A program made the translations under genes and the position numbers. 52,173 nucleotides of DNA. It comes from a virus. Taxonomy: Duplodnaviria > Caudoviricetes. Every line of letters starts with the position of its first letter. The first letter of the stretch is position 1. The DNA lies in IMG/VR virus record IMGVR_UViG_3300023199_000094, positions 1 to 52,173 of that record; one strand, given 5' to 3'. The notes under the pieces were generated by a model. It ran no database searches and was not told the DNA's origin. It saw only the letters and a program-made list of their open reading frames with translations. Shown piece after piece: positions 28,801-37,394 of this stretch.

Positions 28801-28846
28801 AAAAGGGGAGAGGTCTCGCGTCACTGGCTGCACGAGACCTCTCCCC
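28801..28846 (-). terminator. Intrinsic terminator
   Basis: GGGGAGAGGTCTCG/CGAGACCTCTCCCC 14-bp stem followed by TTTT on the minus strand. Confidence 0.75.
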
Positions 28847-28862
28847 AGACACGCGCTCTCGC

Positions 28863-29783
28863 TTAATGGCGCTTTCTACGACGCGCCTTGGCGCCTGCTG
28901 CGCGCCTACCTGCACGGTTCAGCTGCTTGGCCATGCTCATAGCGGCATCTGCACTGACTTGACCACCTTCACCAGCCACTATGAGATTGCTTTCTTTCGT
29001 CTGTGTGTCAATCTCTCGTTGCTTCTCTTCTCTAAGCTCTTCCAACTTACGTTGCGCTAGCGAGTCACCGGACTTTGCCTTTTCCACTAATCGGCGAAGT
29101 TCATACTGACCATGAGCCTGTCCATATTGCGAACGTAACTCAACAGCACGTTGCACAATATACTTCTTGAAATTAGGGATAAAAACATCTGTATAAAGAC
29201 CCAACAACCACTTCTGCTCCTCGTCAGCCGTGTTATGAGTATTAAAAGTGTCATAAGGTTCTTTGAGCTCGTCAGCTGGTACACTGAAAACAAGAGGATG
29301 TCGGCGATCTTCGTAAAGAAGATTACCTTCTTCATCTTCTTTCCAAAGCTCTGAGCTCTCCAACACAGGAGCAGGAAACATAAACTCCTGCTTGAAGACG
29401 ATCATTTTAACTGTCTGCGAGTCATATTTGTATTGGACCGAAATAGTCAAAGGTAGTTCATCGTCCGTCTCGTACGTGTGAGTCTCTACGATCTCAAATG
29501 AGCGATCTTCACGTTCTTCAGGTATCTTGACGCTAAACTTATCTCGGGTCTTTTCGTCTTCTTCGGTTTTAGGAACCGCTGTCGACTCTTCTAAAAGACG
29601 TCCACGCAGGTTCTCTATAGCTTCTTCCTCCGCAGACCCGTACGCCCTACACGACACAAAAGAAACACTAGAAAAATGAGTAGTGTCGGCTTCCGCACAC
29701 CAAACGCCTTCCGGCTCTTCTCGAACAGTCACTTCCACAGTCCCAAGACCTTCAACGTCAATCATTACTGTAGACATAGTCAT
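28863..29783 (-). CDS. Hypothetical acidic protein with basic C-terminal tail
   Basis: 306 aa, GAGGAG RBS; ends LNRAGRRAAGAKARRRKRH. Confidence 0.75.
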   Translation of the reverse strand: MTMSTVMIDVEGLGTVEVTVREEPEGVWCAEADTTHFSSVSFVSCRAYGSAEEEAIENLRGRLLEESTAVPKTEEDEKTRDKFSVKIPEEREDRSFEIVETHTYETDDELPLTISVQYKYDSQTVKMIVFKQEFMFPAPVLESSELWKEDEEGNLLYEDRRHPLVFSVPADELKEPYDTFNTHNTADEEQKWLLGLYTDVFIPNFKKYIVQRAVELRSQYGQAHGQYELRRLVEKAKSGDSLAQRKLEELREEKQREIDTQTKESNLIVAGEGGQVSADAAMSMAKQLNRAGRRAAGAKARRRKRH

Positions 29784-30010
29784 TCAAAACTCCTCATTGT
29801 CAGTATTAGCACTCCCCATATAACAGAGAGCAGTAAACACAAAAAACTTGTCATCATCAACAAACCATCAAGGTAGTCGTGACGGTGAAAATGAACCACA
29901 ACAGCTCCTGCCGCAGTGCACAAACCACCTAAAAATAAAGCATACCACACCGCTACGACAAGGTGTTTAATGCGCTGTCTCACACGAACAATTCCGTCAT
30001 CTGTGCCCAA
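29780..30010 (-). CDS. Small two-TM membrane protein
   Basis: Two hydrophobic segments; stop overlaps the next ATG (ATGA). Confidence 0.55.
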   Translation of the reverse strand: MGTDDGIVRVRQRIKHLVVAVWYALFLGGLCTAAGAVVVHFHRHDYLDGLLMMTSFLCLLLSVIWGVLILTMRSFE

Positions 30011-30882
30011 GCGTCAAAACAAATCTTCTCAAAATGTACTCCAGACTCACGAAACATTTCAAGAGCAATCTCGCAATGCTTCACCCACGTGTCATCCGTG
30101 CGGCCAAGAAAGTTGTGTACTTCAGGTATATACACGGCTTTAATACCTACTTGGATCAAACCTCTAGCACAATCCGAACAGGGTGGGCCTGTGACGTAGG
30201 CTTCACAACCTTCAAGACTCTGTGAGGCGTTGTAAATAGCGTTGCGTTCGGCGTGCTCCGTAAAAAAGTACTTCTCAGGTCGCTTTTTCCTTTCTGCTCT
30301 CTCCTGTACTTTTCGAGGAAACCCATTATAACCCATCGCCACTTGACGATGTGTTTTCGGATCTACAATAACACAGCCACACTTCGTACTGTCATCTGTG
30401 CTGCGACTCGCCGCCACATGAGCTAACAACATAAAATATTGACGCCAAGGCATACGGGGTCGGCGTGTCGGTAGTTGATTCTGCGCGTTTTTAAGACTGG
30501 CCCATGGTTGAAAGTCTTCTATAACGTCCAAAGAAGGGAAGACACCTCGAAAAAGCAACGCTCTGTCACTAATGGTCAAAAAAGCCGAAGGTTTAGATGT
30601 TGGCCATCTAAGATCATCCACAATTCGCTTTGCTTCGTCGGTATCACTAAAATGCACAGAAAGATGATAAATCAACCACCGTCTCATGTCATCTATAGCC
30701 GCCATTTGCCAACTACGTCTGTCGTCATAGATAGCTACGATATAACCGACTTGCTGAAGTCGGGCTATAAAATCAAAAGCACCAGCAACCGGTTTACCGG
30801 CAACAACTCTTACATCACTGACTTCAGTCTGGTCGGCCGTGTTGTGGATAACACCATCAAAACTCAGACAGATAAGTCTCAT
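29980..30882 (-). CDS. HAD-like domain fused to dCMP deaminase
   Basis: C-terminal GYNGFP, HAERNAI and PCSDC zinc-deaminase motifs; N-terminal ICLSFDGVIH...KP.A...I.DRA HAD-like domain. Confidence 0.85.
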   Translation of the reverse strand: MRLICLSFDGVIHNTADQTEVSDVRVVAGKPVAGAFDFIARLQQVGYIVAIYDDRRSWQMAAIDDMRRWLIYHLSVHFSDTDEAKRIVDDLRWPTSKPSAFLTISDRALLFRGVFPSLDVIEDFQPWASLKNAQNQLPTRRPRMPWRQYFMLLAHVAASRSTDDSTKCGCVIVDPKTHRQVAMGYNGFPRKVQERAERKKRPEKYFFTEHAERNAIYNASQSLEGCEAYVTGPPCSDCARGLIQVGIKAVYIPEVHNFLGRTDDTWVKHCEIALEMFRESGVHFEKICFDAWAQMTELFV

Positions 30883-31028
30883 CGCTTATCTTTCTTAGTA
30901 TCCTTAACAACGCGGACTTCCCCGGATGCCAACTCTTTACGAAGTTTCTCTTTCTCTTCTTCCGAAAGCGGCGAACCTTTAGAAAGAAGAAACTTCACCT
31001 GCGACTCAGTCTTGACTTTACCAGCCAT
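30879..31028 (-). CDS. 49-aa small protein (not in ORF track)
   Basis: MAGKVKTESQVKFLLSKGSPLSEEEKEKLRKELASGEVRVVKDTKKDKR; GAGG RBS, ATGA coupling to the next gene, fills the gap exactly. Confidence 0.7.
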   Translation of the reverse strand: MAGKVKTESQVKFLLSKGSPLSEEEKEKLRKELASGEVRVVKDTKKDKR

Positions 31029-31030
31029 GT

Positions 31031-32068
31031 TTATACCTCTTCCAGGATAATCGGAGCTACGAACGTACGCCCCCGTCTACTATCGAGCAAGAAAAAAGTC
31101 TGACGCGGAGGTTCAAAAGTACCTTTTATAGACAGAGCATATGCGTTGTATCCTGCTAAACTGCCGTTACACATAAAATGACCGCCGTCCACCTGTTGGT
31201 GGAAGTGGCCAAAACAATCTACCGATGCTTTTCGAGCTTTGTTCCACTGAGCAATTGCTTTATTGACAGGTATGTAAATACCGCCAACCCCACCGTAATA
31301 ACGTATATGATGACCGTGATGAAACCGTACCGTATAGCCATAAATATCTAAGTAACTGTGGTAGCTGTCGGAAATTTGAAACGTGACTCTTTCGTCGTTT
31401 TCAAAGAACTTCGCCAAATTGTGATACATGAAAAACTCTAAAGAGTGTGCGTGTTCCTTGGCGTGGCGGTTCTTCTTCGTAATACGAGCGTGATTTCCAC
31501 TGTGGCAGGGGATAGTAAGAGATACACCGTCGAGCTCATTCAGTAAATACTTTATACCCCCTGCAATAAGCCCTTGCACCCATATGCACGCCTCTACTGG
31601 ACCCATTGCTGTGTTCTCCATGAGCTCTTCATGGATATGACCCGAAAAGAAATCTCCCAGCAAGGCTAACACAACATGGTTTATTTCAACATCTTTACGT
31701 AAGAGTTGGACTAAACGCGCCCCGTTCTGAAAGAACCTATTGATACGGGCTTCTGCAATCTCAGGGTTGAACTTGTTAAGGTTGTTGACTGATTTTGGAG
31801 AAATAATCTCTTCAGCGTGCCAGTCTGACGCCAAAAGGAAAGCTGTAGCCTCTGAGTGTTTAGACGATTTGCTACGCTTCTTAATGGCAATAGGTTTAAC
31901 ACCCTTAACCGCCTGTACCTGAGACAGGTAGTTCTGGTCAGTTCGATGTCTCTTAATAAGCTCTTTCTTCTCTCGTTCGAGCTGCTTAACCTTATCCTTA
32001 AGATGCGTGTTAGCTAATGCCTGATCTATCGACAAGGCTACGTCATTCTTTTTGGATTTGGGTCTCAT
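31031..32068 (-). CDS. Calcineurin-like metallophosphoesterase
   Basis: SDWH, LGDF, GNH, HHGH and GHFH motifs in canonical order. Confidence 0.85.
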   Translation of the reverse strand: MRPKSKKNDVALSIDQALANTHLKDKVKQLEREKKELIKRHRTDQNYLSQVQAVKGVKPIAIKKRSKSSKHSEATAFLLASDWHAEEIISPKSVNNLNKFNPEIAEARINRFFQNGARLVQLLRKDVEINHVVLALLGDFFSGHIHEELMENTAMGPVEACIWVQGLIAGGIKYLLNELDGVSLTIPCHSGNHARITKKNRHAKEHAHSLEFFMYHNLAKFFENDERVTFQISDSYHSYLDIYGYTVRFHHGHHIRYYGGVGGIYIPVNKAIAQWNKARKASVDCFGHFHQQVDGGHFMCNGSLAGYNAYALSIKGTFEPPRQTFFLLDSRRGRTFVAPIILEEV

Positions 32069-32125
32069 AGTTACCTCTAGTTATAGGTGCTTTTTGTGGA
32101 TCTAAAGTCATATTAGTTCTCCTAT

Positions 32126-32806
32126 TCAAGAAAACAGCTCTTCTTTACTCCACCAGACAGGTACAAACTCTCGATACACACTGCGGTATGAAAGAGTGAA
32201 CAAATACCGACCGTCCCGCTCACAAGACGCCATCACAGTACGTAAAAATTTCAGTACTTTGTTATCATGGTGCAAGTTATTAAAGACTTGACGACCATCA
32301 AAATGTGAAGGGCCTTGGACGCTATAACCATCAATACCAAGTAAGAAAATGTACTTAAAGCCCATCATCCAAGCGATATTCAGGGCTACCATACCGACTG
32401 TACCGCAGTGATAAATCTTTTCGTAATTCGGTGAGCCAACAGTATCTGCTAGACGATAATAAATGACTTTATATCTCGTGTCTTTATACGCACTTGACCA
32501 CGTCTTCTTTGGTATGTGATTACCCACCAAGAAAAGAGACTTTTTAGAAGACTTCTTTATCGAGGGTGCGTACCTCTGCGCAGCAACAGCATCCGTAATC
32601 ACATAATAAGTAGGGGTAAACACCTTTCCAATGTTGTTGACTCCGATTGTCACGTTCTGGGTGAAAAAAGGATCCGTCAGGTCATAGTCTAGCAGCGAAC
32701 TACCGTTGCCCATCACAATGCAAACTTCGTCTTTGTGCTTACACTTCAAATATTCAGGTATAGCACTGAAACTTCTCTTATTTGACTTTCTCTCAGTCTT
32801 TCTCAT
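32126..32806 (-). CDS. Maf/DUF115/GT42(CstII)-fold putative nonulosonate transferase
   Basis: CIVMGNGSSL, TIGVN, PTYYVITD, GTVG..AL.IA..MGFK.IFLLGIDGY....SHF. Confidence 0.75.
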   Translation of the reverse strand: MRKTERKSNKRSFSAIPEYLKCKHKDEVCIVMGNGSSLLDYDLTDPFFTQNVTIGVNNIGKVFTPTYYVITDAVAAQRYAPSIKKSSKKSLFLVGNHIPKKTWSSAYKDTRYKVIYYRLADTVGSPNYEKIYHCGTVGMVALNIAWMMGFKYIFLLGIDGYSVQGPSHFDGRQVFNNLHHDNKVLKFLRTVMASCERDGRYLFTLSYRSVYREFVPVWWSKEELFS

Positions 32807-33044
32807 GTTTCATGCTTGCGTGTATCTCTTCCACAGTATCCATCATTACCTCAAACTTAGCGTTGGCGTCTTGGAACACTCTTTTTTCGAGTTTATATAA
32901 GTAGTCTCTAGTGTGCTCGTGCTGCTGGTGTATATGCACCCGCAAAGCTTCAAGCTTAGCGTGTCTTCTCGCTCTTATATCTAATATCCACCAAAGCAGA
33001 AACAACGCAAGCGACACACCTCCAACTATATAAACGCTATCCAT
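32793..33044 (-). CDS. Small membrane-anchored protein
   Basis: 83 aa, N-terminal TM segment followed by coiled coil; GAGG RBS. Confidence 0.65.
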   Translation of the reverse strand: MDSVYIVGGVSLALFLLWWILDIRARRHAKLEALRVHIHQQHEHTRDYLYKLEKRVFQDANAKFEVMMDTVEEIHASMKHEKD

Positions 33045-33070
33045 TTTACATACCTCGTAGTTTCTATCTC

Positions 33071-33105
33071 AGTGTCATCTTTGAGTGTCATCTTTGAGTG
33101 TCATC
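33071..33105. repeat. 13-bp tandem repeat (2.7 copies)
   Basis: agtgtcatctttg x2 + agtgtcatc, spanning the stop of 33088-33330. Confidence 0.85.
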
Positions 33106-33330
33106 CTCACAGTCAAAATCAGTCACAGCGCTAAGGTCAATACACTTCAGACCTGTCTCCGAATTGAAGACACCATCTCTAAGGATCTGCTCAGCCACCA
33201 TATACTGCCTTTTAGTCAAGTCAAAGATCTCCTCTCCCGCCTCGTAGTCTCCGCTCTTCAAAATAAGCTGTTTACGCATCTTATCTAGGATCAGAAGGTC
33301 TAGTGATTCCACCGAAATCCAAATAATCAT
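33088..33330 (-). CDS. Hypothetical protein
   Basis: 80 aa, ATGA-coupled to the upstream gene. Confidence 0.6.
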   Translation of the reverse strand: MIIWISVESLDLLILDKMRKQLILKSGDYEAGEEIFDLTKRQYMVAEQILRDGVFNSETGLKCIDLSAVTDFDCEDDTQR

Positions 33331-34007
33331 TTTTTGCCTTTCTTTCTCTTCTGGATGGCTGTCTTCAGGTTCTTCTTCCGCACATGAGAGATAGCCTTTT
33401 TAACTGTGCTTATCTCTTCTGCAGGTAGTACCTGTACCGCAACAGGATCCGAAATATCAGTGGCAAACGTAAGGATAGGCGGGGACGTTGAGTCTTTATT
33501 GTACTCCGTCGCTATATCTCGGACTATACTCGTCAATGATGGGTGGTAGCTCAAGGCTGGGATCTGATTGTGCTTCAGGATGTACTTTTCAATCTCCTCA
33601 ATCACAGACATAATCTGCTGTTTCTTATCCTTGAGCCGACTCACTTTCTTAGTCTGTGTCTCTACCGCCGCTTGTCTAGACTCGCTCTGAGCCGTCTCAG
33701 ACCCATCACCGCGGCAACAACCCTCATCCTCAGATTCGGCCGGTCCTAGATTGCTCTGAGCTTCTGTATCGGGCTGCTGTGTGTTGCGAGTGGCCGGGTA
33801 ACGATCAAGCGTGCCATACCCACCACATTTCGGACACCTACACCAGCCTACATTAGCGCTAAACTTTTTAGCATCAGCTAGACCGCGACCGTCACAAAAC
33901 TCGCAGTTACCCTTATGGTCAAAGACAGGATCCCCTAGCTCGGCAAACATATCCAGATCCACCATGTTAAATCCTCTCTTGATTACGCCTCTTGGGCCAC
34001 TCATCAA
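33327..34007 (-). CDS. Protein with DnaJ-type zinc-finger motifs
   Basis: CEFCDGRG and CPKCGGYG (CxxCxGxG x2); start position uncertain. Confidence 0.65.
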   Translation of the reverse strand: MMSGPRGVIKRGFNMVDLDMFAELGDPVFDHKGNCEFCDGRGLADAKKFSANVGWCRCPKCGGYGTLDRYPATRNTQQPDTEAQSNLGPAESEDEGCCRGDGSETAQSESRQAAVETQTKKVSRLKDKKQQIMSVIEEIEKYILKHNQIPALSYHPSLTSIVRDIATEYNKDSTSPPILTFATDISDPVAVQVLPAEEISTVKKAISHVRKKNLKTAIQKRKKGKK

Positions 34008-34332
34008 TCAACTCTTGAAGGTCTTTATCTCTTGGCTTATCTCTTAAAACGCTACTAGACAGTGCTTCTAGCACGATATCTTGCAACAACTCAGCAGCGT
34101 CATCAGCCCAAACCACAATAACAGGCGTCATATTACATTCACAAAACTCAAACTCATAACAATCACAGCTACCTCCTGACTCAATGTAAAAAGGCGCGTT
34201 TTCCACCAAAGCCTCTAAGACGTACTGACCGAGCTCATAATTATGCGGCTTCACGGCTTCACTCGCTTTCTTTTGACTTCTTCTTCCGCTTATCAAACAA
34301 CCTCTTCGGTCCTTCTTTATCAAACAGCTCAA
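33967..34332 (-). CDS. Hypothetical Cys-containing protein (true start probably downstream)
   Basis: Fills the operon gap; CDC....CEC cluster. Confidence 0.5.
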   Translation of the reverse strand: MSCLIKKDRRGCLISGRRSQKKASEAVKPHNYELGQYVLEALVENAPFYIESGGSCDCYEFEFCECNMTPVIVVWADDAAELLQDIVLEALSSSVLRDKPRDKDLQELIDEWPKRRNQERI

Positions 34333-34519
34333 GCAGGTAACGTATCATCGACCGATGCTCCATATTGCAAAAGTTAGGTACCTCATCGTTGAACAGGGGG
34401 TTAGGATATGTGCAGAAAGCTTCAAAATGCTCCGTGTTGATAAAATGCCTACGTACCAGTCTCTCTAACGAGTCACCCGGCAGATCTTTCATAATACACC
34501 TAACTTTCACGCCTTTCAC
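34259..34519 (-). CDS. Hypothetical protein
   Basis: 86 aa, fits operon tiling. Confidence 0.55.
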   Translation of the reverse strand: MKGVKVRCIMKDLPGDSLERLVRRHFINTEHFEAFCTYPNPLFNDEVPNFCNMEHRSMIRYLLELFDKEGPKRLFDKRKKKSKESE

Positions 34520-34532
34520 GTTGTGTCTTTAG

Positions 34533-35513
34533 TTACGCATCTGTGGGCTTATCTGTAGCGAAAAAAGACTCCAGTAAAGCAGAAATCACACTCTCATGGC
34601 CCGGCTCCATAGCGACACGTCCGTATTGACGATCTCCATAAAGCGTGACGCGCTTCGAGTCTGCTCCAGCAGGGCCAATATCATGTACAAAACTGCTGCT
34701 GTTACCTGCAATCCAATCGGCTTCACGCAATACACGAAGGTAAATCTCTCTCGGTATGGTATTCGGATAGTAAATGACGAGACGCTTAAAGCTACCAGCA
34801 AAAGCCCTCCAAGCTTTCAGGATACGATCACTACCCGGCTCACCATTAGGGTTCATCACAATAAGATCTAAACCCATCTCTTCAGCCTGAGTATAAATGT
34901 CCTGAACGTACTCCTCATAAGGCTCATCTTTAGCCGTGTTCGGATGTAACCTCACTAAGGCATAAGGCCGCAACCAACCCTCAAAACCCTCCAAGCTTTC
35001 ATCAGGCTTATTAAACTCAGGAGGATACGACACCTGACGGCACGTAGTCGTCCAATTACAAGCAGCTGTAAGAAGACTTACCGCCACCTTTGCTGATTCA
35101 GTAGAGAAAGCATAAAGATGATGGGCCAGAAGACTCAAAGCATGTCTATACCGATCATCTAAACCTCCACTGCAATCACCAGCGTAAAGATGGTGTATCT
35201 GAGCACCTGTAAAGCGCCAACTGATCTCTAAAGCTGCCCGAAGATCAACATATCTATCTCCGAGTATCACAACATGGTCAGGAGGACACCTTTCTGCGAT
35301 AAAGTCAATATACTTCGGAAACTCCAAGACTGTAGACTCCCACCCCTTATCCTCCACAAGCTCAATAAGATTGGATGCTCGTGCACTATCACCTAGACAA
35401 TAAAAGTCCACAAACAAGTTAGGGTGCCCCTGTAACGCCGTAACTATAGGCTCCAGTAACCCCCAATCAGCCTGATCATAAGTCGTAAACGTGAAAGCTA
35501 CCGTCTTACTCAT
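34533..35513 (-). CDS. NeuC-like UDP-GlcNAc 2-epimerase (divergent)
   Basis: AD.GLL.PI, VILGDRY, DDRYRHALS.LAHH, YALVRLHP, AGNSSS and GDRQYGR follow the NeuC pattern; ATG 35513 (MSKTVAF) has a GGAG RBS and ATGA coupling. Confidence 0.8.
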   Translation of the reverse strand: MSKTVAFTFTTYDQADWGLLEPIVTALQGHPNLFVDFYCLGDSARASNLIELVEDKGWESTVLEFPKYIDFIAERCPPDHVVILGDRYVDLRAALEISWRFTGAQIHHLYAGDCSGGLDDRYRHALSLLAHHLYAFSTESAKVAVSLLTAACNWTTTCRQVSYPPEFNKPDESLEGFEGWLRPYALVRLHPNTAKDEPYEEYVQDIYTQAEEMGLDLIVMNPNGEPGSDRILKAWRAFAGSFKRLVIYYPNTIPREIYLRVLREADWIAGNSSSFVHDIGPAGADSKRVTLYGDRQYGRVAMEPGHESVISALLESFFATDKPTDA

Positions 35514-35632
35514 GGTATACAAGCTCCACACGATCCAATGATAATTAACGTCGCCACAGCTCCTATACCAGCTAACACACAAGCTCTAAAAAACCCATAC
35601 CAGTCGAATACATCGTCATCAGGGTCAAACAT
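35510..35632 (-). CDS. 40-aa single-TM peptide (not in ORF track)
   Basis: MFDPDDDVFDWYGFFRACVLAGIGAVATLIIIGSCGACIP; GAGGAG RBS; stop overlaps the NeuC-like start. Confidence 0.65.
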   Translation of the reverse strand: MFDPDDDVFDWYGFFRACVLAGIGAVATLIIIGSCGACIP

Positions 35633-35634
35633 GA

Positions 35635-36390
35635 CTACTCCTCTGTATCAGTGACTTCTTCGTATTTATAGTGTCTCGGTCTTGACCTAAAGTTCTGCAT
35701 AGTAACCCCATCCTGCACATCATGACAAACGTTAGAGCCCATCTGAATGAAAGCTCTTTCACCGATAGAAAATGCAGGAGCAACCTTACTGCCAGCGCCT
35801 ATAAAGACGTCTTTACCAACCGTCACAGACCCACACAGAATAGTACCGGGACCAATAAAAGCATTCTCGCCGACTGTACAATCATGTTCCACTATAGCAT
35901 GCGTGTTTACCAAAGCGCCACAGTGTATATTAGCACGGGCACCAATATGTACGCCGGGATGTATCACAGATCCATTATTAATCAGGACGTGTGCTGAAGG
36001 ATCAACATATGCCGCTGGATGTATAAAAGTGTGGTAAGGGATACCGTGAAATTCAGCCATCTTACGAGCTAAACGCCACAAAGCATTGCGTCCAATAGCT
36101 CTCGTCATAGTTACACAAGTCTCTTTTGATAATTTCTCAAGTACTTTTTCACTATTCAAAGCTGTCCATAAGTCCCCTACATACCTCACTCTCTCCGAAT
36201 ACTGCTGCATTAAAGCCTGTAAAGCAGGGTGTAATTTAGGTTCAGGAGCTCCCTTATGCCGTAATGCACCTATCCAAATATGATCCTCTGCACCATAAGA
36301 TAGAAGAGAGTCAATCTTACCTATATCAATCATCCACTGTGCAATAAGACTCGCTTCGCTGCCGCACCCCGCAAGTAAATAGATATTCAT
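35635..36390 (-). CDS. NeuD/PglD-family sugar acetyltransferase (hexapeptide repeat)
   Basis: N-terminal Rossmann-like LLAGCG, AIG.N..., then IHPAAYV and NTHAIVEHDCTVG with left-handed beta-helix repeats. Confidence 0.88.
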   Translation of the reverse strand: MNIYLLAGCGSEASLIAQWMIDIGKIDSLLSYGAEDHIWIGALRHKGAPEPKLHPALQALMQQYSERVRYVGDLWTALNSEKVLEKLSKETCVTMTRAIGRNALWRLARKMAEFHGIPYHTFIHPAAYVDPSAHVLINNGSVIHPGVHIGARANIHCGALVNTHAIVEHDCTVGENAFIGPGTILCGSVTVGKDVFIGAGSKVAPAFSIGERAFIQMGSNVCHDVQDGVTMQNFRSRPRHYKYEEVTDTEE

Positions 36391-36770
36391 ACATCTTCCT
36401 CGTTTCTAATCTCCGGCGGTTTACGAAGTATCTCATTATGATCCTCTTCTAAACACACGAAAAACGGACGCAAACACCCTTTTTCTTGTTTATTCTCTTT
36501 ATCGAGTAATACTGACGGAAATACAGGCTCCGTTTCGAGTTTGGATTGAAAACTGGGCGCTGGTCTCCAATCTTTAGGCTCGGCATTTGAAACTTCGTAA
36601 TCTTGTAGGGCTAAAGAGATAGGAAGCTCTGAATAGTTCGTCATCAAAATAGATAACACAGTATGACACTCATTACACAAACCTATATCTTTTCCATCTA
36701 TGTCATGCATCTGTGTTATCGGCCTAGAACAAGGGCACTGTCCTTTAAACATCAGACTCACATTTTCCAA
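36387..36770 (-). CDS. Hypothetical Cys-rich protein
   Basis: 127 aa with CPC and CNEC; ATGA-coupled to the NeuD-like gene; start uncertain. Confidence 0.55.
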   Translation of the reverse strand: MENVSLMFKGQCPCSRPITQMHDIDGKDIGLCNECHTVLSILMTNYSELPISLALQDYEVSNAEPKDWRPAPSFQSKLETEPVFPSVLLDKENKQEKGCLRPFFVCLEEDHNEILRKPPEIRNEEDV

Positions 36771-36868
36771 TCCTCCGTAGTATTTGTCTCTGGTATAGAG
36801 TCCGAGACAATCTCAACGCACGGAGTGCAGACTAATTTCTTTAAAGAGTGCAAATAAACATTTCCATA

Positions 36869-37372
36869 TCACTTTTTTAATTCTTTTGAACTGTCTTTAC
36901 GAGCCTGTTGAGACGGTGACTTGTCCTCTTTCATACTTGCAACAAGTTTTGTTTTCTCTGTATCAGATGTTTCTTTCGCTCTCAGGGAGGCGGTTAAGAT
37001 ATCTACTTGTCTTTCTTTAATGTGGTGTAAATCACTCTGGATATCTTTAACTATAAGCTCTTGTCTTTCGTCTGCCGCTGCAATCGCCGCCAAAAGCTCA
37101 TTCTGCGCTTTCGCAGTAAGAGTACCGTCTTTTAAAATCAAAATCAACTCAGTGTTTTGTTTCACAAGATCATAAATATTCTTTTCGAGGCTCTCTATTC
37201 GGGTGGCGAGCTCTGCTACACTGCTGCTTACAACCTTGTACATAAGGTAAAGACCAAACCCGCCTATACCTAACTGAGCGATAGCGTCAAGAGCCGTGCT
37301 CCCTGTGTTGACGGCTAAAATAGAGCACGAAGACAATGCCCCAATGACTGACATTTCTGCTATTTGCCACAT
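36869..37372 (-). CDS. Membrane protein, holin-like (TM + coiled coil)
   Basis: IAQLGIGGFGLYLMY TM segment followed by heptad repeats. Confidence 0.5.
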   Translation of the reverse strand: MWQIAEMSVIGALSSCSILAVNTGSTALDAIAQLGIGGFGLYLMYKVVSSSVAELATRIESLEKNIYDLVKQNTELILILKDGTLTAKAQNELLAAIAAADERQELIVKDIQSDLHHIKERQVDILTASLRAKETSDTEKTKLVASMKEDKSPSQQARKDSSKELKK

Positions 37373-37394
37373 GTTTATAACCTAGTTGTTTGTC

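Noticed and set aside
30843-30851. Perfect DnaA box (TTATCCACA on minus strand)
   Set aside because: Single copy inside coding sequence (VIHN codons); compatible with chance
35995-36003. DPS in the NeuD-like protein (YVDPSAH)
   Set aside because: Falls in the family's ordinary hexapeptide start motif; not counted as support for the sequon idea
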